Assembly (NCBI GenBank): GCA_951406725.2
Contig: OX597823.1
Span: forward strand, 114,576,001 to 114,640,000
Direction: 5' to 3'
Length of the DNA stretch: 64,000 nucleotides
Origin: Octopus vulgaris
Taxonomy: Eukaryota
Under the pieces are notes generated by a model. It worked only from the letters and a program-made list of their open reading frames with translations. It was not told the origin of the DNA and ran no database searches. Positions 1 to 13,597 of the stretch are shown in pieces. The first letter of the stretch is position 1. Every line of letters begins with the position of its first letter. Made by a program: the position numbers and the translations under genes.

Positions 1-355
1 CGGAAATATTAAACGTAGGTGCTGCTGAATTTGAGGTAAAAACATTGATGGAAGAGAAGAAATATGTCAACACTTGTGGTTATGTAATTAATTTTGTCTT
101 CGTCTTCATAACATAACTTTCACTATTCCTCTGTTGAGAATCTGAATTATGGCTACCCTTTCGACAAACCGAAATGGCGATGTTTCATTTTTATTTTGTT
201 TACGTACAACGTATTTAAATGGTGGGGGTTCAACCGTTTTCAGGTTACACCTTTGAAGAGATTTGATATCTGCACTACAAGCTAATGTTAAACACGTGCT
301 AAATATGTAGAATTTTCCTGCGCTTATAATATTCGGTTACTGAATTTATAATATT

Positions 356-547
356 GGTTTCAAATTTTGGCACAAGGCCAGCATTATCAGGGGAGGTGAT
401 AACTCGATTGCATCGACCTCAGTGTGAACTTGGTACTTATTTTATCGACCCGAAGGGATGAAAGGTTAAGTCGACCTGGGCGGAATTTGCATTACGTACT
501 GCCGCATTTCGCCCGAAGTGCTAACGATTCCGTCAAGTCGCTGCCTT
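356..547 (-). mobile_element. SINE family A (A1 tail), degenerate
   Basis: Reverse complement matches the repeated unit ggcggcgagctggcagaatcgttagcac...gtcgactttgcctttcatcctttcggggtcgataaa...ggccttgtgccaaaatttgaaacc found many times in the window. Confidence 0.8.
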
Positions 548-548
548 A

Positions 549-870
549 GTCGTGGCTTAGTGCGTAGGGGCATTCGGCTCATGATCGTAAGGTTGTGAGT
601 TCGATTCCCGGCGACGCGTTGTGTTCTTGAGCAAGACACTTTATTTCACGTTGCTCCAGTCCACTCAGCTGGCAAAAATGAGTAGTACGTGTATTTCAAA
701 AAAGGGCCAGCCTTGTCACACTCTGTGTCACGCTGAATCTCCTTTCGAACTACATTAAGGGTACGCGTGTCTGTGGAATGCTTAGCCACTTGCACGTTAA
801 TTTCACGAGCAAGCTGTTCCGTTGATCGTATCAGCTGGGACCCTCGTCGTCGTAACCGACGGAGTGCTCC
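549..870 (+). mobile_element. tRNA-derived SINE with CORE-like centre, sharing its 3' tail with family B
   Basis: Pol III box A-like tggcttagtgcg and box B gttcgattc; central gtgttcttgagcaagacactt resembles the CORE domain; about 180 bp of tail matches the reverse complement of 2077-2258. Confidence 0.75.
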
Positions 871-1084
871 TACTATCTACAATAATACTGTTGGATATAA
901 TTCTTTACTTAATTATATATTCAGTGCTTGACACTAACCAAGAAAGGCATCAATAAACTAAAGTAATGCCAAACCTTTGTACGTTGGCTTCCACGTTAGC
1001 TGAACACGTTTTCTACACAGTAAAGTAGAAGTTTGGATGATGACGTAGAAGCCAATGAAAAATTCTGTAAATAATAACTTGATT

Positions 1085-1270
1085 TGCATGAAGTAACTAC
1101 CAAATCTACAAATCGTTCATCCTGCTGTCTTATAAGCAGAAATACTTTATTGGATAATACCTCTTTAATGCCGTCAAAGATATATTAGGCCAGAAGAAAA
1201 TCTTTTGGAGATGGAGTGCCTGTGTACATTGGTCTGTTCAATTAGTTCCAGAAATAAATGCAACAACCAC
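1085..1270 (+). repeat. Interspersed repeat family D, degenerate; other copies near 12065-12235, 12560-12640, 14715-14950, 17330-17420(-), 21395-21580, 27315-27450, 30225-30420, 41160-41250, 58555-58735, 58770-58950
   Basis: Recurrent motif gctagaaatagcagccaaat...ggatggtcatggctggaatgcctttgatcataggtctgctc...ggggctaaacaacaac ending in (AAC)n. Confidence 0.6.
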
Positions 1271-2069
1271 CACCTCGGTCTAAAGAATCTTTTGTTGACA
1301 GACGTTGCAATTACATGGCCCTATAGAAAAATATCGCCAAATGATATTAGTATAGAGTTCTTGCTGTCTATCTGAAGGCGATGATTTTCGATAGGAAAGA
1401 TAAATACAAATAATTATGCAAATTTACAATTCTCAACCAATCTCGTTAATTTCGAACTTTCTTTCAGCAAATTAACGGCTGTAATTCAAGCGAAACGATC
1501 ATCTAAGTTTAACTGATTAAACTTGCGTCTTGGCCATTCCATGCAATTGAAGCGCAATCACGAAAAGTCTGAGAACCTAATGAAACAGAAATTGACAGAC
1601 GGTGCCAAAAGAATTGTCGCTACAATCAGTTGGATATTATTATCCAATAAATCTTTGCAGGAATGATTCTGATGAAAAATAGAAAAAAATGTTGTTACTA
1701 TTCGTGTTGATGTTGTTTAATCCACTAGTCATCCTAATGTGATTTTTATAGAAGGAAGATTGTATTGTGAGGGAGATTTGGCTATCATTTCTTGTAGTTT
1801 GAGCGATAATGTCGTGTAGCCCCTTGTTTGATCGAGGTGCATAATGTAGCAGGGTAAATTGAAGAAGCGCTTGAAATTAGGGCCTTGGAAGTGAAACAAA
1901 TACAGCGCATTTGACCCTTTCCAAGTTCCAATAAATACACATGAAAAACGCAAAACAATTTCTTTAGGTGGTTTTGTACGTGCTTCTACTTGTTCCATAT
2001 CCTAACTATGATTTGCTCTGAATTTCCTTCTGCTGAAGCCATTAGAGTAGTGTTTCTGCTGAACCCATT

Positions 2070-2456
2070 GGGGGGAAGCACTCCGTCGGTTACAACGACG
2101 AGGGTTCCGGTTGATCCGAATCAACGGAACAGCCTGCTCGTGAAATTAACGTGTAAGTGGCTGAGCACTCCACAGACACGTGTACCCTTAACGTAGTTCT
2201 CGGGGATATTCAGCGTGACACAGAGAGTGACAAGGCCGGCCCTTTGAAATACAGGTACAACAGAAACAGGAAGTAAGAGTGAGAGAAGTTGTGGTGAAAG
2301 AGTACAGCAGGGATCACCACCATCCCCTGCCGGAGCCTCGTGGAGCTTTTAGGTGTTTTCGCTCAATAAACACTCACAACGCCCGGTCTGGGAATCGAAA
2401 CCGCGATCCTATGACCGCGAGTCCGCTGCCCTAACCACTGGGCCATTGCGCCTCCA
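2070..2456 (-). mobile_element. tRNA-derived SINE family B (Arg-like head), full length
   Basis: Minus strand starts ggaggcgcaatggcccagtggttagggcagcggactcgcggtc...ggtttcgattccc (box A/B); 11-bp TSD ctgaacccatt at 2059-2069 and 2457-2467. Confidence 0.9.
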
Positions 2457-2779
2457 CTGAACCCATTACGATAGTGTCTTTAATCTATCACAACTTTTCT
2501 TCCAATAACACTTTTTTCAACTCCCCTTTGCTACAATTCAGCGTTCCCACTTGGCACTTATAATATACTTACACTTAATATCAAGTTAGAATAATTTAAT
2601 TTCGAGTAATAATTTGGCACCGGTAACAACTTACCACGTCATTTTAAGGATATATAAATAGAAGCAAATACTATAAAGATAGATGGCATACATTCGATTT
2701 TAGTTATACACTTATTCACATTTCGAAGCATGTTATTACTGCTGATGTAAACAAAGCTGCTGTTATTGCTGTTGTTGTT

Positions 2780-3174
2780 TGTTTGTTTGTTGAGCGAGGT
2801 GGTCTTTGTCCCAGAGCTCGCAGGATCGCGTCTCTGTAGTGGGAGAAGTCCGAAACGTGGTCCTTTGCTATTCGTATGACCCGCAGAAGAGAAAGCAGGT
2901 CAACCCCCGACACCGAGAACATCGACTGATGGATGAATGTGCATCCAGGCGCAGCAGTTGCGTAGGAAGTCGGGGACAGGAAACAGGAAGATAGAGTGAG
3001 AGAAAGTTGGAGCGAAAGAGTACAACCGGGGTCGCCACCACCCCCTGCTGGAGCCTCGTGGAGCTTTAGGTTGTTTTCCCTCAATAAACACACACAGCAC
3101 CCGGTCTGGGAATCGAAACCGCGATCCTCAGACCGCGTGTCCGCTGCCCTAACCATTGGGCCATTGCGCCTCCA
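2780..3174 (-). mobile_element. SINE family B head/body with an alternative 3' tail
   Basis: Same head and body as 2070-2456 but a different tail, which is shared with 44211-44580; ttgctgttgttgtt on both flanks. Confidence 0.85.
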
Positions 3175-4532
3175 GTTGCTGTTGTTGTTGTCAGTGTAGC
3201 AAAGAAAGAGTTTACCATAATAATGCATTTTAACTGCTTTTTAAAGTTGATATTTCAATAGGAGCCAAATACTAAAAAGCTGCACAGAAACACCAGTCGC
3301 CTTCTATTTTCCCTCAATCTGTTCTCCCCATATAAAACATAGCATCGATTTCTAGCCATGGGCATTAGAAGAAGCCATTTCTACAAGTGATGTAATAATA
3401 ATGCAAAAAATTAGAGAATTTGCGATGTTGCTATATCATATCTATTCAGATTAAACTGCAAGTTCTTCCTCTCACTCCGATTCTTCTACAGTCATTGCAT
3501 GCTTTCAGGTTGGATATCATCTGCATCATTTACTTTGCCCTGCTAGGTTCTGCAAATGTTACTTACGCTCTGAAGCTTCTCCTCGAATATATATTCATAT
3601 AATTGACAGTGTATCTCTATTTCTCTCTGTTAGTTCACTCCCCCGCCGCCAAAGCGAGGTGGATTTAATTTCCTTGGTTATTATACACTAACTAGAGTTT
3701 TCCATCATCTGACGACTTATATAAGAAATATTTTTTAACTGTCGTTTATATCAGGTATTTCATCTGTAATTAAATGATTATTAAACCGTCTTATCACTAT
3801 GGATAACATAATTATCGCAAATATACAGATGGGGAATTCATTTTACCTATTTTTCGTGTAATGAACTATTTTTATTTTAAAAATCAATATTTATTTTATT
3901 ACTTTATGTAAACATGAAATTTGAATAAAATAAAATTATGGTATTTTATACATACGTTGCATCACCTGATATTACCCAGAGCAACAAAAGTACACTCTAG
4001 CACCACCCGTCAAGACGAGTAACATTCTAGTCTTAAATTTATAAAATTTAAGACTAGAATGTTGAGTAAAATCGATCTTTATCATTCAATGAATCGTTGT
4101 GACCGGTAAAATTTCGATACAAATATTTGATACTCACTAGGACGAAATGTTTTCTCTCGCCATTGTACTCTTGTCATAATAATCATCTCTGCCAAAGAGC
4201 AGAGTGTGAGGAAAGAGTCACCAGCACCATAACGGTCATTTTGCAGTCGGTCGACAATATTTCTGCAAGTCACAAGATCATAAAACAATGATTAAAACAT
4301 CCGAAGGCATTTAATATACCAATAATTTGTTGCCGTTTATGAGGTGCAATATTATCCATTATACAAGAATATTAGCTCTACTTCTTTGAAATTACCGACA
4401 GAAGGTGTTATTCAGGAGAATTATGTACCATTTCTTGCTAATTGTCCATAGACTTGGAAATTGCATTACATTTGGTTGAAAGAAAATTCTAGTTAAATAT
4501 TGTACCTTAACAGAGTGGACATAAAAGTTAAC

Positions 4533-4588
4533 ATTACTATTATTATTACTATTATTATTATTATTATTATTATTATCATTATTATTAA

Positions 4589-4656
<68 letters not shown>

Positions 4657-4665
4657 TTATTATCA
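4533..4665. repeat. (ATT)n microsatellite
   Basis: Direct reading. Confidence 0.95.
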
Positions 4666-5025
4666 TTGCCTCTGCACAGCTTCTAACGCTGGAGATGTAT
4701 TACAGTGTCAGCTGTTCACTACCAGTGAACTAAGGTAACACCTCTTATTTTTCGAGCACCTTCCGGATTATTCAAGCGATTCCAGCCAGTGCTGTTTTCT
4801 GCAAGTGCACCACCCTTATTGCAGCCTCTATTTGTTCCACGTACTTCTCGAGATCTTTGCACAGTGTTCCCAGGGCTCCGACAATTATTGGTACTACTGC
4901 TACCTTTTTACTTCGATCACAACTGCTCAACCTTCCCAAGCTAACTTGCCATATCTCTCGACATTTCTTTCTTCCTAATCGCATGCCTTGTTGTCATTTG
5001 GGCATGCTATATCTTTGATCCAGCA
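4666..5025 (-). mobile_element. 5'-truncated R4/Dong-like non-LTR retrotransposon (RLE endonuclease C-terminus + 3'UTR)
   Basis: Minus-strand translation DIACPND...VAVVPIIVGALGTLCKDLEKY...LQKTALAGIA*IIRKVLEK* resembles the restriction-like endonuclease C-terminus of R4-clade elements; 3' end abuts (TAA)n. Confidence 0.8.
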
Positions 5026-5367
5026 TTATTATTTTCTACCATACGTAAAAACAAACGAAAAGACAGGAAGTTAAATGACTTCCCCAAAAAACAAAACAAA
5101 GAAACCGGACGAAAGCCAACACGTTTTACAGAGAGAAAACTGAAAAGAAAAAGAACACAAGTTCCATTCTACGGTAGAGTAAAACTATTTACATAGAATA
5201 ACTTTTTATTAAACAATCTAAACGACACACATAACGACAATAACATTGAAAGAGTAAACCTCAGGTGAAAACTATAATATTTTTCTATTTGTTGCATGTG
5301 AAAAGCATGAACGACTTCCGTCTCTGAGTGTTGAAGAAATGCCTGATGATATACCTTCCGATTTACA

Positions 5368-5602
5368 GGCGGCGAGCTGGCAGAATCGCTAGCACGCCGG
5401 GCGAAATGCGTATCCGTATTTCGTCTGCCGCTACGTTCTGAGTTCAAATTCCGCTAAGGTCGACTTTGCCTTTCATCCTTTCGGAGGTCGATAAATTAAG
5501 TACCAGTTACGCACTGGGGTCGATGTAATCGACTTAACCCGTTTCTCTGTCCTTGTTTGTCATCTCTATGTTTAGCCCCTTGTGGGTAGTAAAGAAATAG
5601 GT
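5368..5602 (+). mobile_element. SINE family A (A2 tail), full length
   Basis: ggcggcgagctggcagaatcg...gagttcaaattcc (box B-like)...gccccttgtgggtagtaaagaaatag; closely matches 22547-22780. Confidence 0.85.
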
Positions 5603-5624
5603 ATTCCTTCCGATTCTTTACATT

Positions 5625-6615
5625 CTTATTCAAATCCCACAGAACTTATATTTGCCTTTTATCCCTTCATAATCGATATTATCAGTCAAGTACAGGGGGA
5701 TCAATTTAATCGATAAACTCTCTTCCACTAAAAACTGCTGGCTTTGTGCCTAAACTACAATAAATTATTGCTGTGCACAGCCGGAAGTGTTTGAGCATCG
5801 GCAAAATTTCTTTCCAGTTTTTGTTCCGTCACTTTACCGTCCTGGTCCTAATTTTCCAATGTCAATTGTACCTTTCATCCTTTAGGTGTATAGTAATATT
5901 GATAAAGCACCAGTTACGTACTGAGGCCGACGTAAGTGACAAATTCCCATCCCCTAAAATTCCCGGCATTTTGTCAAAATTTGAACCATTATTAAAGTCG
6001 GCGAACTGGAGGAATCGGTAAGGCGTCGGATAACATAACAGCATTTCTTTCGTCTCTTTAATTTCTGTGTTCAAATAACTCTCAAGTCGATTTTACCTTT
6101 CACCCTTTCGAAGTCGATAAAGAATCATTCAAGGGCCAGTTTTAATGGGATTGACATTCTTCCACCTCTAAAATTACTGGCCTTGTCCAAAAATTAGAAA
6201 TAATTATTAGTGATGACGATGTTGTTATTTGTTTTGGAATTGTACTTGTTTAGGAAGTCATTTTGATCTGAGATCTTCCGTTCAAAGTGAAGTAGTTACA
6301 GAGAGTAGGATACACTTGAAGACACTTCAAAGAACACAGACAATTTTCTAATTTCACTTATCCTTTATTTTTAATTCGTCAATATTTTCGCTGTGCCTTG
6401 AAGGCGGCGAGCTTGCAGACTTATTAATACACCAAGCAAATTATTTAACAGCATTTTGTCCGTCTTTATACTCTGAGTTTCAAATTCTACCAAGTTCGAC
6501 TTTGCATTTCATCCTTTCGGGGTCGGTAAAATAAGTGTCAGTTGCACACTGGGGTCGATGTAATTGACTCAACCCCTGCCCCAAAACTGCTGGCTCGTGT
6601 TAAAAGTTTGAAGCC
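5625..6615 (+). mobile_element. Cluster of about 4 degenerate SINE-A1 copies
   Basis: Degenerate matches at ~5625-5760, 5780-5990, 5995-6200, 6401-6615. Confidence 0.7.
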
Positions 6616-8084
6616 GATACAGATGTTTTAAACTTAGTCACTGCTACGTTCTTAAAAGCTTCAGTCTTTTACTTGTTGAAGATACGGATATATATTGATC
6701 TGTTGTCTAAATATTATTTAATCTTACCTCTGTTTTTCGTTAATCTTACGTACATATAAACAAGTTCTTAGTGGCAACAAATAACTATCACCGCCTACCA
6801 CATTTTTAAAAAAAATCTTTTCTAGATTTGTGTTGTTTTAAATATAATTTTCTCCATTGTCGTGATTGTTAGAATTGTAACCATTCATACTACATTCGCT
6901 ATGTATAAACAGAAGACGTTTTTGGTATATATATAACTTCATGGAAGTTCTTGCTACATAGATTTAAACTCCACTGTAACCATCTAATTTCTATAGACTT
7001 TCACCTTAAGAACACATCAGATCATTTTATGCACAATCAAATACCATATACATTATCACGGTGTAAAATATAATTTCAAAGTTAACCAACATGGACAATC
7101 AAAGAAGATGGAGACAGAAAGAATAGGAATAAATGTTTAAAAAACAACAAAGTGGAAAGGATGCATTCATAACAGATAAAAAGTCAAAAGATTGAAACCT
7201 GCAAGTGACTAACGACGATCGAAGGTGAAAAGGTCGAATTGCATTTACACAGCAGACCCATAAAGAAAGTGAAATGTGGGGCCAATCAGTACCGACAAAC
7301 TGAGTTATAAACAGCTTTAACAGGACTCTGCTCGCGACCATATTGTAATGGTCCGACGAAAATGTTGACACGTAAACACATAGATGTACAATGAACATTT
7401 TCGTATGTTTATAGTTGGCTAAATTAGTTCTTCCACGATGTAATAACTATTTATGTTGGCCGTAACTAGTCGCACGTCTCCTTGTTCTGACTGAAGAAGT
7501 ATTCAGCACTCAATGACGTTCCATACAATATCGGATCGGAAGTACTGATCTGCTTCAACACAAATCTAGAAGGGAAAATGTAACACGTAAGAAAAAGGCC
7601 ATGCTGTAGAATATTTCCAGCAGACTCGAAAATACTGCAAATCTCAACAAGATAAATAACCTCTCTTGACTTGTGAACTGTGATTTTTATGGTTTTGTAA
7701 TTCAAGAACAGGAGTTTGCTATAAAGTAGATGTAAAGCAAAATGCAGTGCAAAGTACTTACACTATATGATAAAAACCACATATTTGAAGTATATTATAT
7801 TTCTGCGGCAGATATCACACACACGTGATGAGCAGCAATACCCAAACATCGTTAAAGTACTACTGTTTAATGTGATATGGTATTGTTTTTAGAAGAATAT
7901 ACAAGACTATCTGTACGAAAATCTACTATAGAACAAATATAAATTATGCCGTTGTTATTGACTACTTACATTTCAACAAAAGAACATTGGAAAAAACATT
8001 CTTATGCAGGATTTCTCCTGTTTCAAGCATAACAGGCCTGATATTAATCGTTAGACAGAGAGCCATGTACAGACTTATAGATCA

Positions 8085-8302
8085 GCGTAGCCGTATTTCG
8101 TCTGCCGTTACGTTCTGAGTTCAAATTCCGCTGAGGTCGACTTTGCCTTTCATCCTTTCGGGGTCGATGAATTAAGTACCAGTTACGCACTGAGGTCGAT
8201 GTAATCGACTTAATCCGTTTGTCTTTCCTTGTTCGTCCCCTCTGTGTTTAGCCACTTGTGGGTAGTAAAGAAATAGGTATCTGTTCAGAGTTCAACTTCC
8301 GC
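8085..8302 (+). mobile_element. SINE-A2, 5'-truncated, followed by the start of a second unit
   Basis: Matches the A2 consensus; after aaagaaataggtat the sequence continues gttcagagttcaacttccgc (body start). Confidence 0.8.
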
Positions 8303-8842
8303 TTCGATGGCAACAGGCCGAGCACATAACCCTGCAATTTGACCAACCTGTCCAACCCACATTTAAACAATGTGGACAGGTTGTCTTAAAAGCAAAATAG
8401 CCACCACCATCAGCGACATGTTGAGTCCTTCAAGCAATTTCGGATCAATACCAGTTGAGTGGAAGAAAACCTGTAACTTTATATTACCATATTAATGTCC
8501 ATTAATATATTTTATATATCAACTGTCGTTAAAATATTTCTCCTGAGTCGTTTATGAATTTCGGCCTCGCCACAAGTTTTCTTTCGTGCAGTAAATGTCA
8601 TTTATTGATCAATAACAATAAAGAATATATTTGTCTCGAGTATACTTTTAAAGAAAATCAGTATTCTATGGCATTGATATTGAGAACATAAGACGAGAAG
8701 GTTGGTGTAGGAAGCGAACGTCGTAATGTGGCAACATCCATAAGATTGTTACCATAGTTTCGTTTTCAAATACACACATGTGTGCGTGCTGCGTGTGTGT
8801 GTGTGGTGTATACACATCTACATACATACATACATATATAAG

Positions 8843-8987
<145 letters not shown>

Positions 8988-10173
8988 TATTGTGGTATAA
9001 TATATTTTCTTATGTCCTTATGTTTCTGCATTAATAGAATATTGCGCTGATAGTATTGTAGATTTTATCGGATTTATCGAAACGTTTATTGATCGTTTGT
9101 TGAATAGTTCTAATATAAACAGACTGGAAGTAGAATGAAGCTGCATACATTTCCGTGATCGATGATCGATGGTTTTCCACTCTAGGTTAACCAGTTCATT
9201 TGAAGATTGATTTGATGACGGACAAGACGATGAGATAATATCATGGTGGTGGTGACAAATATGACCAACCACGCTGTCTCTGTCTTTATCTACCCATCTC
9301 TCTCTGCCATTCTTTCGTACTTTTTATCAATCTTCATCTCTCTTACGCAAATACGAACCAGCGAGGGAGCCCCTATGCGCTGGCTCATTCTGCAAGAAAA
9401 GCTACAAAGCCATCTGAAGACAACTGCTATCATTTTCAAAAGATTCGTGGTCATAATAAAAATGTGTGTGTGTGTGTGTCTTTATGTATGTGTGTACAGA
9501 TGTATATAGAATGTGTGTCTGTGTACATACTTGCTTGTATGTATACATGTGTAAATACATGAATATTTAAAAAGATACTGGGGATTCTTTAGTTACAGAT
9601 GTGCAGCATCAGGGATAACTTTAGACCAAACAACATCATCACCATCAACGTTAACAACGTCTCTCTGCATTGCTTGATCAAATTTGCAAGTTCGATTCCA
9701 TTACACGTGCATATTTCATACATTTTTGTCATTATTTCGATAGGAAAATGAGAAGAGGATCTTTGATGAGAGAATGCCAAGGGAGCGGCATAGATTAGCA
9801 TATAATCTCCCTTAGCTGACACGGTTTCAGATACAGGTTTGAAACGATTTCATTTCACTTCAATGCAAACAGCATTCTGGGTCGGGAAAATGCCTTGCTT
9901 AATTTATTCGAGCTCCTTGTTTTCTGAGTTTTAAACTCGCCGTTGTTAACTTTACCTTAGGCACATTCGAGAACGTATTGATCCACTCCCTCGTTCTAAA
10001 AGTTTCTTTGCCTTCTGCCAAAATTTTATAAAAATATTTGGTGCAAAAATCTTGTTGTATTTAAGGTTGGTAATGTTGTCAGTTTAGCCAATAAAAACAC
10101 ACGCACTATATATTTGGTGTTACTTTGCTTGAGTGTTATTTATTTTTTTACATTAATCTTAATCTTATTTTCG

Positions 10174-10213
10174 CCAGAGTTCTTTCGTCACACTTCTGTG
10201 ACCTCATCAGTGG
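10174..10213 (-). ncRNA. Minimal type I hammerhead ribozyme, canonical core
   Basis: Minus strand CCA-CUGAUGA-G-GUCAC-AGAAGU-GUGAC-GAAA-GAAC-UC-UGG: stem I CCA/UGG, 5-bp stem II, GAAA, vestigial stem III, CUC cleavage triplet. Confidence 0.8.
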
Positions 10214-10550
10214 TCCTTTGCTTTCTTTTTTCTTATTTTGTATTTTGTATTCCTATCGTATGTGTCTTTATTTGCGCATGCGTATACTCCTCTGTGTGTC
10301 TATGTTTAGTAAGTGTCGGGGGAGTGCCTGTATTATTTGTATCCACTGTTTATAATCATTGTTATAGAATTACGCTTCTTATGCCTTTTTCTTCTTAATT
10401 TTTTCCCCTGAGATATCTGTACCATTTCAAATAAATTACTAGAAATAGACACACATTCATACATATACATGTGTATTCATATATATACACCAACGATTTT
10501 CTCCCTGTTATTGCAATATACACATGTATACACACACACACACACACACA

Positions 10551-10596
<46 letters not shown>

Positions 10597-11339
10597 AACA
10601 CTTCTATTCACACGATGTCCTTATTCCTCAATAGAGGTTTGTAAATAAACATCTTTTCCTGAACACAGCCCGGACCTCTCTTGCGAGAAGATCGACCAAT
10701 TCCACGAAGAAATTTCTTAAAATTATTCTCTAACAAAAACATGGCTATCTTGGTTTTTATCAATATCATGAAAGCCCAGTCACTAAACATAACATGGAAA
10801 CACACAGCATTAAATCAGTTATCTCCACCTATAAACAATTAAAATATTCATATAATTTATAATTAACATGTATTAGAAATTCTAATGATCTTTCAGAATA
10901 TTAATGTATGTATGAGATCCGCTAAAAATCATAAATATTTAACATTCTCTTTACAGTTAGAATCCAGTCACTTCGTTGTTAGTCCTTAATAAAGACAACT
11001 TTCTACGTTGCTACAAGTGTAAACATTCCAGTCTGCATCGAATAAAACTCGTGCTACTGTTTAATAGATAACAACCATCAGGACTATTGAAAAGGTTGCA
11101 AGATGCAAAGAAAATTTTAGGAAAATAAAAGTAAGAAATAAGTGGAAATTTTACCGGTGAGTGTGTTACATTATAAGGCACAAAAAGAAAATGACTCTCC
11201 CCAGAAACAACAGAATATGCTGCAACACACGAACTCATACAAAGAATTTTGCAAACCAAATCCAAAAACCAAATAATCATCATTTACCTACACTAAATTC
11301 ACTAAAATGCCGATCCTTAATATTACTCCATTACTTATG

Positions 11340-11840
11340 ATGGCGAGCTGGCAGAATCGTTAGTACGTCGGGGAAAATGCTTAGCGCCATTTCGTCCGTC
11401 CTCAGGTTCTGAGTTCAACTTCCGCCGAGGCCGGCTTTGCCTTTCATCATATCGGGGTCGGTATAATAAGTACCAGTGGAGCACTGGGGTAGATGTAATC
11501 GACTAACACGGTCCTCGAAATTGCTGGCCTTGTGCTGAAATTTAAAATCAATATTACTCCATTACCCTATAACATTAAGCTTCACTCACTGAATTCACTT
11601 CTTAATATTATTTTACACTAAGGAAGCAAGCTGCTTGAACCCTTAACACGCCGGGCCAAAATCCTTAACAACGTTTCGTCCGTCTTTACATTAAAATAAG
11701 TTAAAATTCCGCCGAGGTTGATCTCGCCTTTTAACATTTCGGGTTGGATAAAATACTTCCACTTTATCACTGGGGTCGGCGTGATCCATTCAGCACCTTC
11801 CCCAAAATCGCTTGCCTTATCCCAAAATTTGAAACTAATA
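11340..11840 (+). mobile_element. Two SINE-A1 copies
   Basis: Matches to family A at ~11340-11550 and ~11620-11840. Confidence 0.75.
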
Positions 11841-12417
11841 TTACTACTTTACATAACCAACAACCTTCGATCGTTAAACTCCACTCTTTAAAGCAATCTT
11901 TTTACCTTACTGTGGAATTACACTCTCTAAATTTCATTCATTAATACTGCTCCTTTATTCTAACACCAATCATAAAACTCCTCGCTTTCATAACGCACCT
12001 TTATTCCATCACCAAGAAGCACTCACTAAACACATAAACCAATGAAGGACTTGTAATGTAGTCAGTCACGCCGCTAGAAATAGCAACGCGACCAAGTATG
12101 GGAAATAATGAAGTGACGAGTTAGATAATATACTTACACATTTACCCTTGAAATGATGGGAAGGTCATGGCAGAAATGTCTTTGATTATAAGAATTATCT
12201 GTCAAGGATGACTTGCAGTTAGATAACAACAACAGTTGCTAAATCCTATTCCGTTTGCTACTGCTAGAGTAAGCAATTGAATTTCAGTGAGATTACACAC
12301 TACCATCTTTATAAATGGAAAACCATATTGGACATAGCTTCACATATACGCAATATATTTGTATATATACATATATATATATATAAACATATATATGCAT
12401 AAATATATATGTGTATG

Positions 12418-12462
<45 letters not shown>

Positions 12463-12815
12463 ATCTGTATGTGTATTAGTATATATATATATATATATAT
12501 ATGTATATAAATGCGCACACATACACACGTACATACACACACACACATATCTATATAAAATAGGGATGGTCATGGATAGAACTCCTTTGATCATAGGCCT
12601 GCTCAATCAGGGCTGACATTTTAACTGAATAACAAAAACAATAACAACAACAACAACAACAAACACTAAACTCTACTACAAACATTCGCCACCAACTTTT
12701 ACTGCCGAGTAGTTCCACCGTTGAATTCCACAGACAAACGACAGCGGTAATGCAAGTTCTATGCCATACTCTGCTTCGAATGGAAAGCTATAGAGAAAGG
12801 GGAAAACAAAGAGGA

Positions 12816-12824
12816 AGTAGTAGC

Positions 12825-12904
<80 letters not shown>

Positions 12905-12932
12905 CAGTAATAATAATAATAATAATAATAAT
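12816..12932. repeat. (TAG)n-(TAA)n compound microsatellite
   Basis: Direct reading. Confidence 0.95.
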
Positions 12933-13139
12933 ATAAAATGAATAAATAAAAGAAAAGTTATTACTGAGAACAAAATAGAAGAAATGAAAAGAAAAAACGT
13001 TAAATTTTGTCTGTAAAATGATTGATCATTGGTTTGTATGAAAGGAATGGCTGTTCAATATAATTTCAAAGACTCCATTGATTGATTTTATATCAAAGTT
13101 TCGACGGGAAGAGTGGTAAGAGAGGGTTGGAAGGAGAGA

Positions 13140-13177
<38 letters not shown>

Positions 13178-13561
13178 AGGGGGTCAGTTAGATGGATGAA
13201 TAGAGGTAGAGAGAAAGTGTTAAAAGTGTATAAGACATGTAGTGAGGTGAGTAGAATGAATGAAAGAGAAATGTAGAGAGAGTGATGTTTTATGAGAAAA
13301 TGGATGGAGGGGTAGGAAGGAAATCAGGAGAGTTTGGTGGAGAAATTAAAGATAAAGGAAGGATAGGAAAAAGAGACTGATGAAAAAATTAAAAAAAGTC
13401 ACAGAAGAGTGAATGAGAATAAGGTAAAGAACGAAGGAAAAAGTGTAAGAAAACTGAAAGAATAGAGAAAGACAGCGGATGATGATGTGTATTTGAGCGC
13501 GTGGAGGTATGAATGTTGTGTGTATGTATGAATGAATGTATGTATAGTGGGTGAGAGAGAA

Positions 13562-13597
<36 letters not shown>

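Noticed and set aside
2380-2456. tRNA-Arg-like sequence (also near 3100, 44510, 45050)
   Set aside because: These are SINE heads followed by SINE bodies and TSDs, without a proper acceptor stem, so they are not tRNA genes.
3709-3735. Plus-strand CUGACGA...GAAA
   Set aside because: No stem I and only a marginal stem II.
8280-8475. Cys/Trp-rich reading frame resembling a minus-strand exon
   Set aside because: Stops in all frames after the putative acceptor and no recognisable homology.
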